Virus record (IMG/VR): IMGVR_UViG_3300046490_000013
Span: 1-37,483 of that record
Direction: 5' to 3' (one strand)
DNA length: 37,483 nt
DNA from: a virus
Lineage: Duplodnaviria; Caudoviricetes
In this document: piece after piece, positions 27,825-35,929 of the stretch
Position numbering within the stretch: position 1 is the stretch's first letter
Layout of the letters: the number at the start of each line of letters is the position of its first letter
Position numbers and translations under genes: made by a program
Notes under the pieces: generated by a model
Told to the model about the DNA's origin: nothing
Databases searched by the model: none
The model's input: the letters and a program-made list of their open reading frames with translations, nothing else

Positions 27825-28934
27825 ATGGCAGGCACACTGAGCGGGTTCATCAACGGAGTCATCCAGGGATTCCCGTCTGGGCAAACCAGCAACGGCGTCC
27901 TGTATGCGACTGGCGTGCAACAGTTCCTGCGGAACGCGGCCCTCGGTGGTGACGGCGCGCTCGTGGGACCGACCGTGGCGCAACGACCCGCGCTTCCCGG
28001 CACATCCGGTGGCGGCACGCTGTCGAACACGGTGTGGCAGAACTACATTCAGAACGGGAACCTCAACGCCGCCGGCGCGCTCACGGCGACCCGCACGTCT
28101 CAGTACTACGCGCAGACCTCTGCGCTTTTGGCCGCCAGTGGCGCGCTCGCCTCGACAGCCGTGGGGCAGATGGCCACCAACGCCTACACCACGGGCGGCG
28201 GAACACTCACGGGCACAGCGCAACCCGCGCAGGTCACCATCGACGCGGTGAGTATCTCCGGTTCCAACTCAAGCAGCTTCTCGTATCCCTACACATGGAC
28301 GTGGACTCACCCGGCCAACACCGGCAACCGTGTCATCGTGGCCGTCGATATGTGGAACCAGGGAACACTGCCCAGTTTCACCGTCACCGTGGGCGGTCAG
28401 GGCACCACCTACCTCGGCTACTCGTCTCGTGCGGGATCGGGCATCGTGGCTCTATACGACTGCGCCGCACCGGCTTTGGGCGACCTCACCGTCAGCGTGA
28501 CCAGCACGTCGTTCAGCGGCACCACCTACTGCCTGTGCACGGCAGTGTCGCTCAAGGGTGTCACGGGTGTCGGCTCGACTGTCGCCGTGTCCTCTGCGAA
28601 TACGAACAGCATGAACCTGACGGTTCCCAGTGCGGTGCACGGTCTTTCGATTGCGTTCGGAGGATCGAACCACAGCAATTACAACAACAACATGGATCTC
28701 ACCGGCGGTCAAGGCCCCTACGGCAGCAACCAGACCTACATCCCCGGCGCGTATGGCCAGGCACTGTCTAGTGGCCAGACCGGACTCGACCAGGGCGCAC
28801 TGCAATTCGTCGGAACCGGATCGAACAACACGTTCAACTGGCGGTTCGGACATTACGGCGGTCAGTACGGCGACGTGTGGTACGCCGGTAGCACCCAGGC
28901 GTGGGGCATAGGAGTGCCAATCTACGGAACGTAA
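27825..28934 (+). CDS. Minor tail / fibre protein
   Basis: 369 aa. The same GxGxLxA repeats at the N-terminus, then a beta-rich domain (VTIDAV...TWTH...VIVAV). Confidence 0.75.
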   Translation: MAGTLSGFINGVIQGFPSGQTSNGVLYATGVQQFLRNAALGGDGALVGPTVAQRPALPGTSGGGTLSNTVWQNYIQNGNLNAAGALTATRTSQYYAQTSALLAASGALASTAVGQMATNAYTTGGGTLTGTAQPAQVTIDAVSISGSNSSSFSYPYTWTWTHPANTGNRVIVAVDMWNQGTLPSFTVTVGGQGTTYLGYSSRAGSGIVALYDCAAPALGDLTVSVTSTSFSGTTYCLCTAVSLKGVTGVGSTVAVSSANTNSMNLTVPSAVHGLSIAFGGSNHSNYNNNMDLTGGQGPYGSNQTYIPGAYGQALSSGQTGLDQGALQFVGTGSNNTFNWRFGHYGGQYGDVWYAGSTQAWGIGVPIYGT

Positions 28935-28981
28935 CGGCTATGCTTACCCAGGACTCAACTCACTGAGAAAGGTTGCCCTAC

Positions 28982-29332
28982 ATGGCAATTGCTGTAACCA
29001 CTACCAAGAACACGATGGCGACCTACTACGGAACCTTGGGCACCTACGTCGGGTTGGCAACGGGCGCACCGGGTTCCACTTCGACGCCGTCCAACGAAGT
29101 CTCTGGCGGCTCGCCTGCCTACGCTCGCAAGGTCACGGCCTGGGGCGGTGCCGCAGCCGGCGCGATCACGGGTGGAGCGGTGACCATCGACACTCCTGCG
29201 GCGACAGTCACCTACATCCTGTTGGCAAGTGCCGCTTCGGGAAACAACATGATCGACAACGCCTCGATCACCTCGGTGGTCATGTCGGGCCAGGGCCAGA
29301 TCGTCGTTACACCAACCTATACGCAAACGTAG
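28982..29332 (+). CDS. Small minor tail protein
   Basis: ATG 28982 after GAAAGG. YVGLATGAPG...NEVSGGSPAYARK..W motif of a widespread small tail protein family. Confidence 0.8.
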   Translation: MAIAVTTTKNTMATYYGTLGTYVGLATGAPGSTSTPSNEVSGGSPAYARKVTAWGGAAAGAITGGAVTIDTPAATVTYILLASAASGNNMIDNASITSVVMSGQGQIVVTPTYTQT

Positions 29333-29344
29333 TGCAGGTCAACG

Positions 29345-29360
29345 TGATACACTCTCGGAA
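29345..29360 (+). promoter_or_regulatory. Putative extended -10 promoter for a leaderless HNH transcript
   Basis: TG-a-TACACT (29345-29353), 6 nt, then ATG 29360; no convincing RBS. Confidence 0.5.
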
Positions 29361-29902
29361 TGAACCTGTCATGCACAGTCGAGGGATGTATCACCAAGGC
29401 GCGCAACGGAACCAGCCCGTACTGCGAGAAGCACTACTCACGATGGAGGCGTCACGGTGACCCGACCGTCGCGCTCAAGGATCACACGCCACCCGAAATT
29501 CGTTGGCAGACAAGCTATGTCATCGATGGCCGCACCCAGTGCTGGAACTGGACCGGCACCATGTCACGCGGATATGGCGTCATCTCCTGCGGTGCCAACA
29601 ACAATCGACCGGCTCACGTCTTCGTCTACGAGCAGGTTGTCGGCCCCGTCGGCGATGGTCTGGAGTTGGATCACAAGTGCCGAAACAAGGCGTGCGTCAA
29701 CCCTTCTCACATGGACCCGGTTCCACACGCCATCAATGTCCGACGTGGCGATGCCGGAATCGCCAACGCCAGCAAGACGCATTGCATCCACGGTCACGAA
29801 TTCACTCCCGCGAACACTAGACTCGTCAAGAACGGGCGCGAGTGCTGGACATGTCGGCGTCGTTGGAATCGCGAGATGATGAGAAGAAGGCGGGCCAAGT
29901 GA
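29360..29902 (+). CDS. HNH homing endonuclease (free-standing)
   Basis: 180 aa. N-terminal CTVEGC...CEKHYSRWRRHGDP, core CWNWTG...GYG...AH...LDHKCRNKACVNPSHM...N, C-terminal KTHCIHGHEF...RECWTC. Confidence 0.92.
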   Translation: MNLSCTVEGCITKARNGTSPYCEKHYSRWRRHGDPTVALKDHTPPEIRWQTSYVIDGRTQCWNWTGTMSRGYGVISCGANNNRPAHVFVYEQVVGPVGDGLELDHKCRNKACVNPSHMDPVPHAINVRRGDAGIANASKTHCIHGHEFTPANTRLVKNGRECWTCRRRWNREMMRRRRAK

Positions 29903-30315
29903 CGCAAGGACTTTCAGTGGAGGACACCGAATTCTGGTGGCACGAGAAGCCACCGGGCGGCGGCGGCGAGATCATCCTGTCCGCCGAGGTGTGGCCGACC
30001 TACGTCGGGTTCTCGACCGACCACCCGGGCGATGGCGTGCAAGCGAAGTGTGAGCCGGTGTTCCACCTCGACTACGAGCGAGGCCAGATCCATTGGACCG
30101 CAATGCCAAACGGCGAGGTCATCGGACGCGCGAGCGTGACCGTGCCCAAGGGTCTGATCTTCACCCACATGCTCTACCTGCACGGGCCGGGATCTCTGCC
30201 GATGCTGACGGGCTACCGCACTCTGCCTCACCCGGTGTGTCTCACCGAAAAGGGAACCATCGACATCGACCCAATCGTCTACGGAGACTGGAAGATTCAT
30301 GGCCAACCTGTTTGA
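29899..30315 (+). CDS. Hypothetical tail-region protein, probable distant paralogue of 28982..29332
   Basis: GTGA overlap with the HNH stop. TYVGFSTDHPG...EP...YERGQIHW...VTVP...FTHML pattern. Confidence 0.7.
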   Translation: MTQGLSVEDTEFWWHEKPPGGGGEIILSAEVWPTYVGFSTDHPGDGVQAKCEPVFHLDYERGQIHWTAMPNGEVIGRASVTVPKGLIFTHMLYLHGPGSLPMLTGYRTLPHPVCLTEKGTIDIDPIVYGDWKIHGQPV

Positions 30316-30640
30316 TCCGCCGGCTACAGCGGAGCTTCCCGTGTCACTGGGGCGCGACATCATCCTCACGTTCCGCAATAAGGTTCCCGGCTCGAATCCT
30401 GTTGAGTACGTTGACTATCCGCTCAACGTGGCGGTGAAACTCGTTGTGGGCAAGGGACTTTCGGCCATCGAGGCACCCGCCGACATTCGAGGACACGAAG
30501 CCGTCTGCCGCATCGAGAGCGCAGCAGCCGATACCATCAAGGCCGGCGCGCTGTGGCGTGTAATCGTCTCTACCGCAGACGATCTCATCGATGATGATGT
30601 GCCGATGAACGGGACGGTGGTGAGATTCGATGGAGCTTGA
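30299..30640 (+). CDS. Tail-region protein (LtfC / collar-like)
   Basis: 113 aa. LPVSLGRD...DYP...A...IES..AD.I..G...W...GTVVRFDG pattern of actinophage fibre-attachment proteins. Confidence 0.65.
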   Translation: MANLFDPPATAELPVSLGRDIILTFRNKVPGSNPVEYVDYPLNVAVKLVVGKGLSAIEAPADIRGHEAVCRIESAAADTIKAGALWRVIVSTADDLIDDDVPMNGTVVRFDGA

Positions 30641-30890
30641 GGTCATCGAGGGAACGCTGGCTGTCGACATCGAGGTGAGTCCTCCTGTCGCCGTGGACAT
30701 CTCGTCCTCGCCCGGCGAGGTGGCCGTCGGCCTGGTTCTCGTTCCCGGTGCCCACGGTCTGCCTGGGCGCGACGGCGTGGTGTGGTTCAGTGGGCACGGC
30801 GATCCTGACGAAACGTCCATTGCCGGAAGCCATCCCGGCGACTACTACCTCGACCTCGATAGCGGCACCGTCTCGAAGTTAGGCGATTAG
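30630..30890 (+). CDS. Short tail fibre adaptor with a C-terminal half-knuckle motif
   Basis: 86 aa. VPGAHGLPGRDG then WFSGHGDP...PGDYYLDLDSG. Confidence 0.7.
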   Translation: MELEVIEGTLAVDIEVSPPVAVDISSSPGEVAVGLVLVPGAHGLPGRDGVVWFSGHGDPDETSIAGSHPGDYYLDLDSGTVSKLGD

Positions 30891-30892
30891 AC

Positions 30893-31408
30893 ATGGCATG
30901 GACTCAGCAAGGCTCACTGAAGGGGCCGAAAGGCGATACCGGCTCGACCGGTGCCAAGGGCGACACAGGGGCAGCCGGCACACCGGGAACGCCGGGAACC
31001 AACGGCACCAACGGAACGAATGGTGTTGACGGCGCGAGTGTTTCGATAGCCGGTCAGGTGGCGACCTACGCGAATCTTCCCACCGGACTTGCCAATACGA
31101 ACGCAGATCGAGGCAAGGGCTACCTGGTCGACGCCGATGGCCTGCTCTACGTGTGGACGGGCACCGCGTTCCCCTCGAACGGCAACGGCGTGGAATTCCG
31201 TGGGCCGCAAGGGATTAAGGGCGACACCGGAAGTGCTGGGGCCGCAGGCACACCCGGTACACCAGGAACTAACGGGACGAACGGATCGAACGGGGCGCGA
31301 GGCGCGACGTGGTTCACGGGCGCGGGTGCGCCCAGCGGTGTAAGTGGTTCTGTCGCAGGCGATTTCTACCTCGACACCCAAACCGGCGCGTACTACCAGT
31401 TGAGCTAG
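30893..31408 (+). CDS. Collagen-like minor tail / fibre protein
   Basis: 171 aa. Two Gly-X-Y tracts (GPKGDTG...GTNGTNG) around VATYANLP...GYLVDADGLLYVW. Confidence 0.85.
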   Translation: MAWTQQGSLKGPKGDTGSTGAKGDTGAAGTPGTPGTNGTNGTNGVDGASVSIAGQVATYANLPTGLANTNADRGKGYLVDADGLLYVWTGTAFPSNGNGVEFRGPQGIKGDTGSAGAAGTPGTPGTNGTNGSNGARGATWFTGAGAPSGVSGSVAGDFYLDTQTGAYYQLS

Positions 31409-31417
31409 GAGTCGAGC

Positions 31418-32215
31418 GTGGCGTGGGTCCAGCAGGGCAGCCTCAAGGGCGCGGATGGCGTTGACGGCCAAGCCGTTTCGCAGGTCTTCGTCCAGTCTGC
31501 CGACCCGGAAACCACCAACCCCGACTACACCGGACCAGCCATCTGGTACGTCACCAACGCGGCGGGAGTCGTTGTCGCGCGCAAGGTTCGGGCGGGATCG
31601 TCTCCAGCCGGCCCGATCTCCAGCGAGTACAACGGCAACGTCCGCAACCCACTTGGCCAGTTACCCACCAGGATTGAGCCTTTCCCTCAGGTGATATGCC
31701 ACGGTGGCCTGACACTGCCGTCGGGCGACATGAGGATGACACTCTTCACGCCGTCGAGGAACCTCACGGTGAAACGCATTATCACGCTTGGTGTTTCGGG
31801 AACCAACCAGGCCGGGGCGACCGACTGCCGGGTGGCGATCTACCGGATGAACGACCTCGTGGCATGGCCTGCCAACGTGACCCTGCTCGCGCGCTCGGCG
31901 CACAAGGCGAACCGATGGGGCACCAGCGGACCCGACTACGCTTCCATCGTGGATGACGGTGCGGCAGTACCGAATACGATCTCGACCGTCGACCTCGTGA
32001 AGGATCAGTTGTACGCCGTCGCGTTCTTCACCGTCGGCCACACCGGGAACGCCAACGTGTCGTACCTCGCGACATACCGCAGCACCGCCGACTACACATA
32101 CCTTCCGCCACTGGGATGGTTCGGTGACACCGGATACTCGACACTGCCGCGCGTCCTCACCGGCGGCTACGCGGAAGCGTGGTCGTACCCCTGGTTCAGT
32201 CTGGAGCAAGCATGA
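31418..32215 (+). CDS. Minor tail / fibre tip protein
   Basis: 265 aa, AGGAG RBS. Starts MAWVQQGSLKG like the previous gene; C-terminal beta-rich domain (LTLPSGDMRMTLFTP). Confidence 0.75.
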   Translation: MAWVQQGSLKGADGVDGQAVSQVFVQSADPETTNPDYTGPAIWYVTNAAGVVVARKVRAGSSPAGPISSEYNGNVRNPLGQLPTRIEPFPQVICHGGLTLPSGDMRMTLFTPSRNLTVKRIITLGVSGTNQAGATDCRVAIYRMNDLVAWPANVTLLARSAHKANRWGTSGPDYASIVDDGAAVPNTISTVDLVKDQLYAVAFFTVGHTGNANVSYLATYRSTADYTYLPPLGWFGDTGYSTLPRVLTGGYAEAWSYPWFSLEQA

Positions 32216-32571
32216 GTTGGATCGATGTCGGCAGCCCGGCCGGACAGGGAGACGAAAACTCTTCTGTCCCAGTCGTTCTGAGCAACGACCAAGAAGCTCT
32301 GCTCAGCGTCATGGCGCAGGCTCTGCTGGCACTCGCGTCTGCCAAGGGCATCCTGTCGGACCTCCGCGTCTCGGTGATCAATACGCCGGCTACCACCGCT
32401 ACGGTGGCGCAGGGCACCGGCTCGAACCTGAAGTGCGAGACGGCATCGACCAGTGTCATCGGACAGTTGAATACCCTTGGCGCAGCACCGCTTTCACTGA
32501 ACAACGCGGTGCCCAACTGGCAGAACCAAACGGCCACACAGGCTTTCACGCAGAACATCGTCAGGAGCTAA
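32212..32571 (+). CDS. Hypothetical virion-associated protein (119 aa)
   Basis: ATGA overlap at 32212; same frame as track ORF 32179..32571. Confidence 0.7.
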   Translation: MSWIDVGSPAGQGDENSSVPVVLSNDQEALLSVMAQALLALASAKGILSDLRVSVINTPATTATVAQGTGSNLKCETASTSVIGQLNTLGAAPLSLNNAVPNWQNQTATQAFTQNIVRS

Positions 32572-32575
32572 ACGC

Positions 32576-34222
32576 ATGGCCGTGATCAACAAGAACCTTC
32601 CGGTCCTCGACCGCAAAGAATGGGGGATGATGACGCCGGCTCCCGTCACCACGGCGGCTGCGATGTTCGTCATCCCGGCAGGATCTGGGTATCCCGATCT
32701 CTCGATGTACATCACGTCGAACACGGTGGCCTACTTGTACTCTCACGCGGAGGACGGCTGGACGCAGATCCCGTCACCGGCACTGGCCGGAACATTCGGC
32801 GCGGGTGCGTGCGGCGCGTACAGCGCGTGGTCCCAAACCTTCACGGCCACAGGCGGTTCCACCACCACGGTCACCGTCGCCGCCGCGACATTCAACCTGA
32901 CAGCGGCGCACGTTGTCGGCTCGACCATCGAATTCCTCAGTGCGGGAACAGCTACCGGACAGAGGCGCGTGGTCAAGGCCGTCGACAACAGGGGCGGCGC
33001 GGGCACCATCACGCTGCTGCTCGACTACGCAGTGGCCACGGCGATCCTCAACACGCATACGTTCCGCCTGTCCTCGGGCCGCTTCTTCGTGATGGGTGCC
33101 GGCACAACGGCTTCCGGCTCGTGGAAAGCCTTCGACGTGGCCACCCAGACGTGGCTTGCCTCGTTGCAGACCACCGGCCTTCCTGCCACCAACGGCACCG
33201 ACTCCAAGTGCATCTGGAGCGGACGGCCACCGGGCGTACTGGCCAACGGACTCGCAACCGCTGGCAGCACAACGACTCTCACCGACTCGACGCAGAACTG
33301 GGCGACGAACCAGTGGGCAGGTTTCTACGTCCTCACCGTCTCGGGCACGGGCGCGGGTCAGTGCCTGAAGATCCTGTCCAACACCGCGACTGCGCTGACG
33401 TTCGCCACCGCGTCGGCACCGGACACCACCACGGTGTACCAGATTCGGGGCAACGCCGCGCTGGCCGTCGGGAAGGCAACCTCTGGCAGCGCAACGACTT
33501 TGGTGAACACGGGCAAGACGTGGACATCGGGCCAGTGGGTCAACTACCAGTTGAGAATCATCAGCGGCACGGGTGCCGGCCAGATCAAGAAGATCACCGC
33601 GTCCGACGGCACCTCTGTCACCATCGGATCTGGTGCGACACTGGACAATACGAGCGTCTACGAGATCGAGCCGAACGAGGATCTGATCTATTTCGCAGGC
33701 AACAACGCAGTGACGATGTACACCTACTCGATCTCCGCGAACACCTGGGCCACACTGTCTCCCGGCGTGGCTCGCGCAGCCGCACCGACGACGGGCATGT
33801 GCCTCGACTTCATCGGCTGGAGCGAGGATGTCCAGTGGGGCAACGAGTCAACCATTCAGGACGGGCGTTACATCGTCTCGCTGCGTGGCTCAGCCGGCGC
33901 GGCCATCGACCGATACGACATCGTCGGCAACACTTGGCTGGCGTTGACGTATCCCGGTGCGACAGAGACGTTTACGACCGGGTCGAGCGCATTCCAGTCT
34001 GGCCGTTTCCTCTACATCCGCAAGGATGCGACCAACAGATTCTTCAAGTTCGATCTCGTCGGCAACGTGATGCTGCCGTTCAACACCGACCTGTTCCCCG
34101 ACGGCGCAGCACTTCTCGGCCAGAAGGTGTGGGTCAAGAACCTCGATCAGACTGAGCAGATCCAGTGGCTCTACGCGCTCGCCAACACCGGCACCGCCCT
34201 TCGAAGGATTGGAATCGTCTGA
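32576..34222 (+). CDS. Tail-associated protein: Kelch/beta-propeller-like blades with inserted Thr/Gly-rich repeat domains
   Basis: 548 aa. Blade-like YTYSISANTW, DRYDIVGNTW and KAFDVATQTW; repeated ATxGSxTTL...WxxxQW...SGTGAGQ units. Confidence 0.7.
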   Translation: MAVINKNLPVLDRKEWGMMTPAPVTTAAAMFVIPAGSGYPDLSMYITSNTVAYLYSHAEDGWTQIPSPALAGTFGAGACGAYSAWSQTFTATGGSTTTVTVAAATFNLTAAHVVGSTIEFLSAGTATGQRRVVKAVDNRGGAGTITLLLDYAVATAILNTHTFRLSSGRFFVMGAGTTASGSWKAFDVATQTWLASLQTTGLPATNGTDSKCIWSGRPPGVLANGLATAGSTTTLTDSTQNWATNQWAGFYVLTVSGTGAGQCLKILSNTATALTFATASAPDTTTVYQIRGNAALAVGKATSGSATTLVNTGKTWTSGQWVNYQLRIISGTGAGQIKKITASDGTSVTIGSGATLDNTSVYEIEPNEDLIYFAGNNAVTMYTYSISANTWATLSPGVARAAAPTTGMCLDFIGWSEDVQWGNESTIQDGRYIVSLRGSAGAAIDRYDIVGNTWLALTYPGATETFTTGSSAFQSGRFLYIRKDATNRFFKFDLVGNVMLPFNTDLFPDGAALLGQKVWVKNLDQTEQIQWLYALANTGTALRRIGIV

Positions 34223-34455
34223 TGCAGCAGACAGTTTGCGACCGCTGTCATGTGGTGGTTCAAGTGGCGACCGTCGATACTCCGGTGGCCGACATGCTCA
34301 ACTCCGTTGTCCACATCGAGTCGGTCATACCAGATGAGTTGGTGCCCAAGGTGATTCAGGCTTACCAGCAGATCGGCCAGACCTACAAGCCTCTGTCCAT
34401 CGACCTGTGCCCGGCCTGTCGCATCGTGATGCGCGCCGCGCTGAATCCGCTGTAG
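34222..34455 (+). CDS. Small putative zinc-binding protein (77 aa)
   Basis: TGATG overlap; CDRC near the N-terminus and DLCPAC near the C-terminus. Confidence 0.7.
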   Translation: MQQTVCDRCHVVVQVATVDTPVADMLNSVVHIESVIPDELVPKVIQAYQQIGQTYKPLSIDLCPACRIVMRAALNPL

Positions 34456-34459
34456 CGCA

Positions 34460-35920
34460 ATGGCTTTCGTCACGCGCTACGGCAACACGATCAGCGAGGC
34501 CGGCTGGCGCATGGTCGATGAGGCTGAGTGTGAATGGTCTGTCATCCCAGGATCGAACGCGGTGAGCGTCCAACTCCGAAAAGGCGTTCCCACAACGATT
34601 CTCGTGGCGTTCCTCGCCCGGTTCAACAAGATCATCGAGCCTCTGCGCGATGCCGACACGGGCGGCTGGACCCTGGTCAACGACGTGGGAACCAGTAACC
34701 ATCTCGCTGGCTGCGCTGTCGACGCGAATTGGTCGAGCCATCCCTTCCATGTGGCCGGAACCTACGGCGACAAGCTCGGCGCGCTGCGCGAACTGCTGGA
34801 TTCCTTTGGGGGATCGGTCTTTTGGGGAGGTGACTGGTCAGACCCCATCGATGAAATGCATTTTCAAATGGGCTGGCCTGAAGGCGACAAGCGTTACGAC
34901 GCGGTGATCAGTAGCCTTCTGGGTGCGGTGCCGGAACCGACTGAGCCAGTGGACAATCGGACGCGCTACGCTCGCGCCATCATCGCGGAGGGTCAGCGTC
35001 GAGGGATCTCTGAGCGCGGCATCGAGATCGCCCTGGCCACCGCGCTGGTCGAGTCCAACCTGACGATGTACGCCAATTCGTCTGTGCCGCAGAGCCTCAA
35101 CATGCCGCACGAGGCCGTCGGCAGCGACCACGATTCGGTTGGCCTGTTCCAGCAGCGGTGCCCGATGTGGGGGCCGGTCGAGATCCTCATGGACGCAACA
35201 CAATCCGCCGGCCTGTTCTACGACAAGCTCGTCAACCTCGAAGACGACAACGGGAACCACGACGATTACAACGACACATCAGAAAGCCCAGGCTTCTACG
35301 CCTATCGGGTGCAGCGGTGCGCCGAGGAATATGCCTACCGATACGATGAACGCTTCGATGATGCTGTCGCGCTCTACAATTCAAATGTCTTCAAACAGAA
35401 AGATGAAGGGTTCCTCATGGCATTGTCCGACGCGCAGCAGCAGGAGATCTACGACGCGCTCTGCGGCCAGCGTGGCTCGCGCTCGCCGCTGCACAGGCCC
35501 GGCGAGGGCACCATCGGCAACATCGAGGATCTCGAAGCGAATACCGATGGCAGCGTGCACATCCTGGTGCAGTACCTGCTGGGTGTGATCCTGCGTAGCC
35601 CAAGGACTTTGGAGGAACTGCGCGCCGTCGCGTCGACCGACGATCCCAAACAGTCCGGTGGCCGGCAGATCGCGCAGGCGATGCTCAACCTCATCGATCT
35701 GCATGACCAGGCACCCGGCCCGAATGTGGTTGTGGCGCAGGCTCCGATCACGCCGGCTTCGAGTCCCGTTGTGCTGCAACCGATTGCGTCGAATCCGCAG
35801 ACCTCTGCGGTTGTTCCCGGCGGTACGCTCGGTGATGACTTTGGGAAGCTGCACACTCAGTTAAGCTCTCTCACAGAGGCTTTGGGCGAATTGTCCACGG
35901 CGTTCGTCGGCAAGAAGTAG
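34460..35920 (+). CDS. lysA: Lysin A: N-terminal M15-like peptidase, central lysozyme/transglycosylase-like domain, C-terminal domain
   Basis: 486 aa. SNHLAGCAVD...WGGDW...DEMHFQ zinc peptidase motifs; ALATALVES...DSVGLFQQR lysozyme-fold motifs; directly upstream of holin. Confidence 0.92.
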   Translation: MAFVTRYGNTISEAGWRMVDEAECEWSVIPGSNAVSVQLRKGVPTTILVAFLARFNKIIEPLRDADTGGWTLVNDVGTSNHLAGCAVDANWSSHPFHVAGTYGDKLGALRELLDSFGGSVFWGGDWSDPIDEMHFQMGWPEGDKRYDAVISSLLGAVPEPTEPVDNRTRYARAIIAEGQRRGISERGIEIALATALVESNLTMYANSSVPQSLNMPHEAVGSDHDSVGLFQQRCPMWGPVEILMDATQSAGLFYDKLVNLEDDNGNHDDYNDTSESPGFYAYRVQRCAEEYAYRYDERFDDAVALYNSNVFKQKDEGFLMALSDAQQQEIYDALCGQRGSRSPLHRPGEGTIGNIEDLEANTDGSVHILVQYLLGVILRSPRTLEELRAVASTDDPKQSGGRQIAQAMLNLIDLHDQAPGPNVVVAQAPITPASSPVVLQPIASNPQTSAVVPGGTLGDDFGKLHTQLSSLTEALGELSTAFVGKK

Positions 35921-35929
35921 GAGTTAGAC

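Noticed and set aside
29333-29902. HNH gene as part of a group I intron
   Set aside because: Both neighbours are complete ORFs and only 27 nt of non-coding flank exist, leaving no room for a ribozyme core.
30920-31300. Short tandem nucleotide repeats in the collagen-like gene as a phase-variation tract
   Set aside because: The repeats are degenerate at third codon positions and explained by Gly-X-Y protein repeats.
32620-34155. 511-aa alternative-frame ORF inside the 548-aa tail gene
   Set aside because: Arg/His-rich, low-information translation expected from the shifted frame of a GC3-biased gene; no motifs.
23742-34222. Diversity-generating retroelement acting on fibre tips
   Set aside because: No reverse transcriptase in the window and no near-identical ~100-nt repeat pair differing at adenines noticed by eye; cannot be excluded outside the window.
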